A stretch of DNA of 56,665 nt from a virus (Duplodnaviria; Caudoviricetes): IMG/VR virus record IMGVR_UViG_3300010370_000044, positions 1 to 56,665 of that record, one strand, 5' to 3'. How positions within the stretch are numbered: the stretch's first letter is position 1; each line of letters starts with the position of its first letter. The notes under the pieces are model-generated. The model saw only the letters and a list, made by a program, of their open reading frames with translations, searched no databases and was not told the DNA's origin. The translations under genes were made by a program, and so were the position numbers. Positions 38,427-46,362 of the stretch are shown piece after piece.

Positions 38427-38635
38427 GGGGGTGCATTCAACTCAGAGACACTTGCTTACAAAAGAGTCTCCATTGCATATCACGGAAATACTCCTTAGGG
38501 TCTCGCCCTAACTCACGTAGGGCTTTCTCCATACGCTTGTGGGTAGATAACTGGGTTTGTCCGCGACGGATAATTGTGCCGTCTGCCTTGGCGGAGAAGA
38601 TGGGGGACTTGATACGCTTACGCATGGGATTAGGT

Positions 38636-38956
38636 TTAGTTTTTGAATTGAGATAAATCAATCTTGATGTCGTTTTTTGGTCTGAATGTGGGGAAGAGTT
38701 GGTATGATAACTCAACAATCTCTTCGGTAATCTCATACGTTTCATTGTAGAAGCCATAATCAAACCAAGTAAGACCGCTTGTGAACAACTCATTTTTGAT
38801 GAATTCGGTGACCGCTTTTGTAGTTACCACTCTGCCATTATTGGCTGATGATATCAAACAAATTGCTTTCTGAATCATTTCGGCATCAATTAGGTAGGAG
38901 ATTGAAATTTTCGCTACCAATTGGCAATCTGATTTGCGCTGATAATTTGCTTTCAT
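38636..38956 (-). CDS. First early gene, hypothetical protein
   Basis: ATG 12 nt after hammerhead stem III. Confidence 0.65.
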   Translation of the reverse strand: MKANYQRKSDCQLVAKISISYLIDAEMIQKAICLISSANNGRVVTTKAVTEFIKNELFTSGLTWFDYGFYNETYEITEEIVELSYQLFPTFRPKNDIKIDLSQFKN

Positions 38957-38968
38957 GTGATTAGGTTT

Positions 38969-39022
38969 AAAGTTTCGTCCTACTGGGACTCATCAGTACG
39001 GCGATTATCAGCCGTAGACTTT
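38969..39022 (-). ncRNA. Hammerhead ribozyme (type III topology)
   Basis: AAAGUC^UACGGC-UGAUAAUC-GCCGUA-CUGAUGA-GUCC-CAGUA-GGAC-GAA-ACUUU: full conserved core, three paired stems. Confidence 0.92.
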
Positions 39023-39029
39023 TTATCCA

Positions 39030-39445
39030 ACCTATCGGAGAATGGACTGACGATGCGACACCGCATCCGTTTACACCCTCGTTCCGACTCCGGAAGAGCA
39101 TTCGATAGTCAGCGTACACGCCTTGGGGTTGTCTCTCCCCGACTATCCCCCTTTAGGCAGACATCACGTCTGCTTTCAATACACCGAAGGGGTAGTGGTT
39201 TCAAAAGTTTAGAGCCATTGAGTGGGGCTGACCGAGTCGGGCCGTAGCCGTAGGTCGGTGGTCATCCGAGCATCCTGATTGGTACTGACGGAGGAGAGGG
39301 CGGTAGGTGACTACTGATGCCTTCGCTCGTTTCCCGATGCCATCGCCGTGCATTTATCGTGGTTTGGTGTTCCCGAAGGAGTGCGTTACCCTAACACGTT
39401 GTGGCGAACCTTTGAAAGAACTTCGTCTAGCCGTTTCCGTTAGAC
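39030..39445 (-). ncRNA. Candidate long structured leader / ncRNA
   Basis: No credible ORF; many inverted repeats (CCGACTC/GAGTCGG, GATAGTC/GACTATC, GCAGAC/GTCTGC, GATGCG/CGCATC). Confidence 0.45.
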
Positions 39446-39480
39446 AATGCAAGAATACGACGGCCCAAACCGATTTCGAA
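39411..39480 (-). promoter_or_regulatory. Early promoter (TTCG-N19-TATTCTTG) followed by GAAA-loop hairpin and boxA-like GTTCTTTCAAA
   Basis: Near match to Bacteroidota TTTG-N19-21-TAnnTTTG; rRNA-type boxB/boxA order. Confidence 0.45.
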
Positions 39481-39604
39481 CACTAGACCCCGACTTTTTT
39501 TAAAAAACAGGGGTATGCACTTAGAAACGGATACGTGTCTGTATTTAAATCTTAGGGATTTGTGGCAGATGTGCCTTATGAAAAGGGGGCAGTTCGGGGG
39601 ATTA

Positions 39605-39925
39605 CTAGAGCCGATAATTCCGTAGATAGGAACGCAAAGCCGAAAGGTACTCTCTCCCCATAGTGGTGATACCATACTGAACCCCATCCTTCGAAACAAG
39701 TCCGCAGTCTATCAAAGCACGGAGACTATTGGCAACGTACGATGCATCCTCAGACTTCCCATACTTGCCGACAAGGGATCGAACCTGATTGAACCGAAGA
39801 GACACACGGCGTTTCAACAGCACGAGAATTCCCAGTTCGTGGTGGCCCAAGGGATGAGTCCCATACCGAGCAGATATCTTCCGAACCGCAGTATCGAAAA
39901 CAAGGGCAAATTTGTCTAGTGTCAT
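39605..39925 (-). CDS. Winged-helix (MarR/PadR-like) DNA-binding protein
   Basis: LRALIDCGLVSK....YGITTMGREYL wing motif. Confidence 0.7.
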   Translation of the reverse strand: MTLDKFALVFDTAVRKISARYGTHPLGHHELGILVLLKRRVSLRFNQVRSLVGKYGKSEDASYVANSLRALIDCGLVSKDGVQYGITTMGREYLSALRSYLRNYRL

Positions 39926-40844
39926 TCGAGTGAAATAGGGAGGGGGGTTGTTGAGATGTTATGCACACACACAACTCGCCCCCATATTGGATAAAAAAAC
40001 GGGCCGATGTTTACTTCGCGATGGGTTTCCTCCTCGCACAATATGACACGGGTTTGCTTTCCCTTGTGTCAGTCTTCCGAGTGCAATGCGTTGGGCCATA
40101 TGGGTTTGCAAAATTGCGTACACTAATTGGGTGTTATTTGATGGGCCGAAAATCGATTCCGAAACCGCCGATTTGACCCCCACTCGGTACGCGATTCGCG
40201 GTTCGCAAACGCGCGCGCGCCCATACATTTCTACGCATTACCCCCACCCCAAACCCACATACAGCGCCCATTTCTTTACTCTTATCGCTTACTTCTAGCA
40301 CTGGCAGGAATCCACCGCTTTTTGCATGCCCCTGTGGGCCTATTACAGCCCAGTGGCAGGCATTTCTTAAAGAGGCCGGACCGTAGACACGGCCCAGCGT
40401 TATTCCCTAAGAAAGTCCAAATATAACTACTGCCCTATCTATTTTATTGTGTTACTCACAGTTGTTGGTAAGTGGCGCTTTATTATGTGGTGGTTTGGTT
40501 ATTAATTTTGGCTTCACCCTTTTCGGGAATCCGGCTCGGGGGTGTTCGTTGTTTGAGAACAGCGATCAGCGCAAGAGTGGGACAGCAGACGATGGCGCGG
40601 CCCAGATGCAAAGGGAGGAAGGGTATGTCTGCAGGCTGGCACCCAGTCTTAGAGTAGCTCCCAGACCGATCGGCGGTGTGTCCAGATCGGGACGGTTGAT
40701 GCGGAGGCCGACGGCGCTCAAGCATAAACTGAAGCAGATCGGGGGACATAGTCATGTCTCTCGGTCTCGCGAAGACCTCAAACGCTAAGCATATTATACC
40801 CTATTTTAGAGTGTAGTTATTGTTGATCAGGATAATTTGCGGGC

Positions 40845-41216
40845 ATGATTGCAAAGAAGTCAAACCCCAAGTTATGGGAAGCTGCCAAGAGGGAGGCCAA
40901 GGAGAAGATGGGCGGTAAGCATTCTGCTCGTGCGATGCAGTTAGCTGTTGCGATTTACAAGAAGAAGGGTGGTAAGTTCTCTGGAGCCAAGTCTTCTGAG
41001 AACAGTTTAGCTAGGTGGACCAAGCAGGACTGGAAGACTTCTGATGGATCTAAGTCTGATGGCAAGAAGAGGTACCTACCGGCAAAGGCTTGGGATGCCC
41101 TGAGTCCTTCAGAGAAGGCAGCGACCAACCGGGCAAAGGCTGAGGGGAACAAGAAGGGTAAGCAGTTTGTGAAGCAGCCGAAGAAGATAGCTGAGAAGAC
41201 ATCTAAATACAGATAA
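40845..41216 (+). CDS. Basic phage protein (DUF5872-like)
   Basis: HSARAMQLA..YKKKGG...SLARWTKQDWKT...RYLPAKAW. Confidence 0.7.
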   Translation: MIAKKSNPKLWEAAKREAKEKMGGKHSARAMQLAVAIYKKKGGKFSGAKSSENSLARWTKQDWKTSDGSKSDGKKRYLPAKAWDALSPSEKAATNRAKAEGNKKGKQFVKQPKKIAEKTSKYR

Positions 41217-41217
41217 T

Positions 41218-41388
41218 ATGCCGCTAAAAAAAGGAAAGGGTAAGGAAGGTATCAAGAAGGCCATCTCTGCTAACATCCGCGAGTTGATGGCCGACAACAA
41301 GAAGAAGGGCAAGGAGAAGGGTGCTGGTGGCAAGGCTCGCCCCAAGGCTCAGATCTTGGCAATTGCTATCAGAGCTGCCAAGGGATGA
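41218..41388 (+). CDS. Small basic MPLKKG-type protein (not in ORF track, 56 aa)
   Basis: MPLKKGKGKEGIKKAISANIRELM...QILAIAIRAAKG; stop overlaps HNH start. Confidence 0.7.
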   Translation: MPLKKGKGKEGIKKAISANIRELMADNKKKGKEKGAGGKARPKAQILAIAIRAAKG

Positions 41389-41633
41389 GAAAGCACACCA
41401 AGGTCTACATAGACCACTTCGGTTGGTCTGACTTCTACCCGTGTGAGGTTTGTGGTGCTAGGGCGGTAGACATCCATCACATCCACCCAAGAGGTATGGG
41501 TGGTTCCAAGAAGAAGGACGTCATAGAAAACCTGATGGCTTTGTGCAGATCCTGCCATCTGGAGTACGGTGACAAGAAGCAGTTTGTAGAGTTTTTGGAG
41601 GAGCACCACAGAAAGGCTGTGGAAAAGTCATAG
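41385..41633 (+). CDS. HNH endonuclease (packaging-associated)
   Basis: CEVC..DIHHI..GG....ENLMALCRSCH. Confidence 0.88.
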   Translation: MRKHTKVYIDHFGWSDFYPCEVCGARAVDIHHIHPRGMGGSKKKDVIENLMALCRSCHLEYGDKKQFVEFLEEHHRKAVEKS

Positions 41634-41676
41634 GATACCAACTCTCTATTTTAGATAGTTTCTCTAACTTAGGTAT

Positions 41677-42243
41677 ATGCAACCGATATACAAAATTTTC
41701 GTAAGCATAGAAAAGAGGTTTAACGACGAGGTCGTTACAGAGAGCGGTCTTAAGCTGTATAAGGATTCAAGTTTCAATCCAGAAGAAAACTCAACAACTG
41801 TTGGTGTGGTTGCTGCGATACCTGCAAAGCACGACACCAAGAACTTCTTACCGGACTTTCAGTTCAATGTTAGGGAAGGTGACAGACTCTATTTCAATTT
41901 CAATATTACAATTGATCTGGAGAACATGGTTGAGGTTGACGGGAACGAGTACTGGATGGTTGATTATTTTGATGCGATTGCTTTGGTTCGTGACGGTGAG
42001 ATACACCCGGTAGGTTCTTACCTGTTGGTTGAGCCGATGGAGGAAGAGATTGAGACAACGCTTATTGTTCCTGAGTTGGTGAACAGAGAGGGGAACAGGG
42101 GTAAGGTAGTTTCCAGTAACGATCCAGATATTCCGGTTGGATCGGAGATCGAGTACGAGGAGATTGGTAAGTTCTGGAATATTATAGAGGGGCGCCGTTT
42201 GTACTGCATGATGAATCACAATGCAATGTTTATCTATGAATAA
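41677..42243 (+). CDS. GroES-like co-chaperonin (tandem GroES-like folds)
   Basis: TESGLKLY..GVVAAIP..VREGD and PVGSYLLVEP..LIVP..GKVV. Confidence 0.65.
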   Translation: MQPIYKIFVSIEKRFNDEVVTESGLKLYKDSSFNPEENSTTVGVVAAIPAKHDTKNFLPDFQFNVREGDRLYFNFNITIDLENMVEVDGNEYWMVDYFDAIALVRDGEIHPVGSYLLVEPMEEEIETTLIVPELVNREGNRGKVVSSNDPDIPVGSEIEYEEIGKFWNIIEGRRLYCMMNHNAMFIYE

Positions 42244-42607
42244 GAAGCAGGCCAAGCATATACGAGAGATTGCGGATCGTCTTCCTGTTGTGTTGGAGCA
42301 GACTATGTCTGGTTATACTATTCAGGATGACAAGATGGTCCCTCACATCTACAATGTTGAGATAAACCACGAGCGGCGTTTACGTAAGGCTTACGAGCGG
42401 TATGGTCTTGAGGGGATCAAGTCATATCTGGAAATGATATCTAAACTTCAAAAGCAAAGAAATGAAAATTTCATGCAGCAAGGAGGTGGGGATAGTGGAC
42501 GGTCAGTTGGTGGTGATGTGGATACTACTGATCCACTGGCGATTCCTGAAGAGACTCCGAGCGATATCAATAAGCTGGACCAGACAGAAGAGTCTGTCGG
42601 AGCTTAA
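42236..42607 (+). CDS. Hypothetical protein
   Basis: Coupled ORF. Confidence 0.5.
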   Translation: MNKKQAKHIREIADRLPVVLEQTMSGYTIQDDKMVPHIYNVEINHERRLRKAYERYGLEGIKSYLEMISKLQKQRNENFMQQGGGDSGRSVGGDVDTTDPLAIPEETPSDINKLDQTEESVGA

Positions 42608-42634
42608 AAAAGAAATCGACAAAAATTACGAAGA

Positions 42635-43132
42635 GTGCTAGACTGCGAAACACCTTTGGGAAGACAGTTCATTGAAGAGCAGTACCGCGTTCAGCGAAAG
42701 CTTCAGGAGCGCGGTTATATTGTATTCAACAGTGCTGGCAAGTCTAATCACTCTGATGTGTTTTTGTGTAAGGAGGAGGATGGATGGCCTACGCTAGTTG
42801 GTATTGCGGAGATTAAATGCCGCAAGTCTGCTGCAGGTCAGCAGATCAACCGGCAGTACTTGATTGACAACGGTGGTTATTTGATCACGTACAGTAAGTT
42901 AAAGTATGGCGCCATGGTAAGTGGAATACACATGGTACCCTTTTTTGTAATAGTGAGTCTGATCGATGAGGGCGTTATTCTGGTATGGCAGATCACAAAC
43001 AGGACTGGTTCTTTTTTAGAGGAGATCATGCACAGGATAACGACTACCAGAAAGACGGTGAATGGTGGAGAGATCCAGAGGACAAATGCCTTTCTGCAGA
43101 TGGACTCTAAATTCTTGACTGTAATTGAGTAG
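42635..43132 (+). CDS. PD-(D/E)XK-like nuclease
   Basis: SDVF...IAEIKCR. Confidence 0.5.
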   Translation: MLDCETPLGRQFIEEQYRVQRKLQERGYIVFNSAGKSNHSDVFLCKEEDGWPTLVGIAEIKCRKSAAGQQINRQYLIDNGGYLITYSKLKYGAMVSGIHMVPFFVIVSLIDEGVILVWQITNRTGSFLEEIMHRITTTRKTVNGGEIQRTNAFLQMDSKFLTVIE

Positions 43133-43514
43133 AGGAATTGCTACTGAATTGTTGTTTGACCATCTGGCTATGGAGCGCGGTTTGGTGGTGTCTCGTCCTC
43201 TTCTAGATGTTAGGTATGATCGGATTGTTGACAGTGGATCTTGTCTATTCAAGGTTCAGATAAAGGAAACGAGTCGCATGGATAATGGAGGATGGTGGGT
43301 TCAGACTAGTGGCAATAAGAGGCGGATGTATGGTAGCGATATTGATGTAATGGCTGTTTATATAAAACCCGAGAAGGCTTGGTTTTTCTTCCCCGGTGAA
43401 GAGATCACCGGTGCTGCAATGAAGCTGACGCTCGGCGGAAAATACATGAACTACTTAAACAACTGGGAGGTTTTTAATGCGGAAGTCAAAAAAGATAAGG
43501 ATCAAGCTATATGA
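43125..43514 (+). CDS. PD-(D/E)XK endonuclease (PDDEXK_5-like)
   Basis: G..TELLF...VSRP....YDRIVD....KVQIK. Confidence 0.7.
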   Translation: MSRGIATELLFDHLAMERGLVVSRPLLDVRYDRIVDSGSCLFKVQIKETSRMDNGGWWVQTSGNKRRMYGSDIDVMAVYIKPEKAWFFFPGEEITGAAMKLTLGGKYMNYLNNWEVFNAEVKKDKDQAI

Positions 43515-43878
43515 GTGCTCTGTTCACTTTATCGTTTCTGATAATCTAGACAAGGAGGCCACCCGGATTTTAAAAAAGTATAATGAAACGTATGACGAGG
43601 AGTATGGTGTTTGCGAGGGTTACACCTTTAACGTGGACATGCTGGACTACTACTTCATACTATCCGACAACCACATCAGTATAAACACGATAGCTCACGA
43701 GGTGTATCACCTTGTTTGCAGCGTATTGGATCAGAGGGACATAAAGGACGAGGAAGCTGGTGCTTGGTTGTGTGGGATGTTGATGGATGAGGCGTTTAAA
43801 TTTTTTACAAAACACAAAGAAAATGGCTTTCATAGACAGGTACGTAAAGCTCAAGGTGATGCTGGAGGGGCCGGATGA
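43477..43878 (+). CDS. Zincin-like HExxH protein
   Basis: TIAHEVYH...DEEAGAW. Confidence 0.6.
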   Translation: MRKSKKIRIKLYECSVHFIVSDNLDKEATRILKKYNETYDEEYGVCEGYTFNVDMLDYYFILSDNHISINTIAHEVYHLVCSVLDQRDIKDEEAGAWLCGMLMDEAFKFFTKHKENGFHRQVRKAQGDAGGAG

Positions 43879-44071
43879 TCAGGGGCTTATAACGTACGTA
43901 TACATCAACCCAATGACCATTGACGCCTTCACAGAGGAGTTGGTGACATTTGATACATCCACATCTAATGAAAATGAGATGGAGGCTGTTCGTGTGGTTA
44001 CCAAGCACGACATCTATTTGGTGCTAATGTCAGGAGAGGAGTTTATTGATCTAATGAACTCCCGTTACTAA
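43823..44071 (+). CDS. Hypothetical protein
   Basis: ORF ending just before a promoter. Confidence 0.5.
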   Translation: MAFIDRYVKLKVMLEGPDDQGLITYVYINPMTIDAFTEELVTFDTSTSNENEMEAVRVVTKHDIYLVLMSGEEFIDLMNSRY

Positions 44072-44073
44072 TA

Positions 44074-44121
44074 TCACCCCCCGTTTTTAAGGCCTTCTAA
44101 TATAGGCGTTTATAGCTTTGC
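44074..44121 (+). promoter_or_regulatory. Promoter, TCA-CCCCC-N35-TTTGC class (TAGCTTTG -7)
   Basis: Perfect -7 consensus and conserved spacing; ahead of the GT-terminase-portal operon. Confidence 0.65.
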
Positions 44122-44127
44122 CGCGGC

Positions 44128-45120
44128 ATGAGAGTATTGTCTTATGTGAAGGGCCTAGACGGCTGTTCATATCATAGAATATACCTGCCCAACCAACAGA
44201 TCGAGGAGAACCGGGTTGTCGGACAGCTTAGCGAGGAAGACCTCCAGTGGTGCGACATTCTTCACTACAGCCGCCATACCATGGTGGCCGTGGACTTTCT
44301 GAACCAGTACCGTGATAAGTACGGGTTTAAGATTGTGGTTGACACGGATGATTGGTGGGAGGTTGGTAAGGACCATCCCAAATACGTGTGGTGGTCCAAA
44401 AGCAACGTGGCCCTACAGATCCGCCAACACCTGATGAATGCGGATGCGGTTACAACAACGCACGAGCGGCTGGCTTCTCTGATACCCAACGACAATATAT
44501 ACATCCTGCCCAATACCGTTCAGTACGGGAAGGGGCAGTTTAGGTATAGAAAACAACCAAAGAGTGAACGAGTAAGACTACTGTATGCAAGTACGGTAAT
44601 GAATTACTCAAACACGTACCTGATCGCTGGTGCCATGAAAAAGCTGGCCCATCTACCGATCGAGGTTGTGATAGCTGGGTTCGACGAGAAGAATCCGCTC
44701 TTTGACATTGTGGTTAAGAACCTGACTGCTGGGGTCATCCCATACATGACAAAGCCTTGGGCTGGTACCAAGGAATACATGTCAGCGTATGAGGGTGATA
44801 TCGGAATTCTTCCGAGTAAGCCAACAGAATTCAACAGCATGAAGAGTAATCTAAAGGTGCTTGAGTTTGCTGCGCTTAAGATGCCAGTGGTTGTTTCCAA
44901 GTGCGATCCGTATTTGGGTCTTCCGGTAAACTACTTCTCTGGAGAGAATGAGTTTGTGGATCAGGTAACCAAACTGGTAACAGATCTGGAGCTTCGGAAA
45001 AGCTCGGGGGAACAGTTATACAAGTTCTGTAAAGAGAACTATAACATGAAACCCGACGACAGAATAAAAGCATATGAGCAAATCCTTCAACGTGGTCATA
45101 GCAACCGCCGGTCGGCCTAG
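44128..45120 (+). CDS. Glycosyltransferase, GT-B fold (GT4-like)
   Basis: GCSYHRI..P, DTDDWW, ADAVTTT, FNSMKSNLKVLEFAALKMPVVVS. Confidence 0.85.
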   Translation: MRVLSYVKGLDGCSYHRIYLPNQQIEENRVVGQLSEEDLQWCDILHYSRHTMVAVDFLNQYRDKYGFKIVVDTDDWWEVGKDHPKYVWWSKSNVALQIRQHLMNADAVTTTHERLASLIPNDNIYILPNTVQYGKGQFRYRKQPKSERVRLLYASTVMNYSNTYLIAGAMKKLAHLPIEVVIAGFDEKNPLFDIVVKNLTAGVIPYMTKPWAGTKEYMSAYEGDIGILPSKPTEFNSMKSNLKVLEFAALKMPVVVSKCDPYLGLPVNYFSGENEFVDQVTKLVTDLELRKSSGEQLYKFCKENYNMKPDDRIKAYEQILQRGHSNRRSA

Positions 45121-45745
45121 CCTTCAGAGGATGGTTGACAGCATAGCACCCCAACTCAAGGAGTGTGACTATCTGACCATTATCTGGGATTGTCAACCTA
45201 TGCCTTTACAAATCGAAAGCGATTGTCAAGTTATAAGCTTACAAAACCCCGAGCCGCTCGGTTTCTGGGGTCACGGATCAAGAAACAGATGGCAGGACGA
45301 ACTTCCCGGTGACTACTTGATGAATGCAGATGATGATGACGTATATCATCCAAGCGCTATGAAATATGTGCGTGAGTACTGCAAGGATCACAAGCTATAT
45401 CTATTCCAATTCCTTCACCAAGGTGTGCGTATACCAAATGGTAACTTAGTTTCAGTTGGTAATGTTGGCACATCTTGCGGCGTTTACCCAAAGACAGTCA
45501 AGCTTCCGAAGTGGGAGTATGTCTACGGTGGCGACGGCATGTTCTATGTTGAGCTAGCAAAAATGCTTCCTGTAGAGTTTGTAAGAAAAGTTATCTACGC
45601 TGTAAATGGTAATTTCTACGGTTACATTGATGAGGATATAACAGGCAAATACTCTTGCTCATGTGGAGCTGCTATGATCAGGTACTCAGTATCTGGTGAT
45701 GAGTTTGTCGTTTGCACTAAATGTAGAAGGGAGGTTGCGCTATGA
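45074..45745 (+). CDS. Glycosyltransferase, GT-A fold (GT2-like), with C-terminal Zn ribbon
   Basis: VVIATAGR, GHGSRN, DYLMNADDDD, GGDG; CSC...CTKC. Confidence 0.8.
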   Translation: MSKSFNVVIATAGRPSLQRMVDSIAPQLKECDYLTIIWDCQPMPLQIESDCQVISLQNPEPLGFWGHGSRNRWQDELPGDYLMNADDDDVYHPSAMKYVREYCKDHKLYLFQFLHQGVRIPNGNLVSVGNVGTSCGVYPKTVKLPKWEYVYGGDGMFYVELAKMLPVEFVRKVIYAVNGNFYGYIDEDITGKYSCSCGAAMIRYSVSGDEFVVCTKCRREVAL

Positions 45746-46362
45746 TACACTACTTCCTAGACGGTAACCCGAACTACGACTACAGGGACAGCTGGCGAAA
45801 GCACATGCCCGGATCTGAGATGATTCACTGGAGGTGCGACAATCTACCTGTTGATGATTACCCTGAGCTTCAGGAGTTCATAGATAAAAAGAAGTATTCG
45901 GTTCTGTCAGACTTTGTCCGGAGATGGGCGATATATAAGTATGGTGGAGTCTATCTGGACTTTGACGTGGAGCTGATAAAGCCAATTGACCAGCTATTCG
46001 ACATATACTCATTCATATGTATAGAGGGTGATCCAATATACGCGAATGCAGCAGTAACGGGTGGTCATGCTGGCAACAGACACCATCTTGGAATGCTTAA
46101 TGACTATATGGGTGTAATTGGAAATCCAATTGATCTGAAGATTGAAATCGAGGTTGGACCAAAGTCTGCAACAAACTATCTGCTAAGAATTAAGTCATCG
46201 CCTCTTGATTCAAGTGATTTACATAACGTAAAGAATCATGACGGACTGACGACTCTTCCAAAAGAATACTTCTATCCGTTTAACTGGAATGAATCATACA
46301 CACCAGAATGCATAACCGAGAATACGCTCGGTATTCACTGGTGGAAAAAAGGTTGGGAATGA
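45742..46362 (+). CDS. Glycosyltransferase, DxD sugar-binding type (GT32/OCH1-like)
   Basis: SDFVRRWAIYKYGGVYLDFDVE, YFYP, IHWW..GW. Confidence 0.88.
   Translation: MIHYFLDGNPNYDYRDSWRKHMPGSEMIHWRCDNLPVDDYPELQEFIDKKKYSVLSDFVRRWAIYKYGGVYLDFDVELIKPIDQLFDIYSFICIEGDPIYANAAVTGGHAGNRHHLGMLNDYMGVIGNPIDLKIEIEVGPKSATNYLLRIKSSPLDSSDLHNVKNHDGLTTLPKEYFYPFNWNESYTPECITENTLGIHWWKKGWE

Noticed and set aside
35545-38431. CRISPR array or classical integron interpretation of the repeated GAACTG...CAGTTC elements
   Set aside because: The spacers are whole genes, the repeat interiors vary, and no cas genes are present. The elements are shorter than typical attC sites, lack the GTTRRRY consensus, and conserve T-loop features. 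The integrase looks like an arm-binding phage Int, not IntI. Kept only as a minor alternative.
39959-40788. Short overlapping ORFs on both strands in the divergence region
   Set aside because: They are mutually overlapping, have atypical composition and lack the A-rich leaders seen on real genes here.
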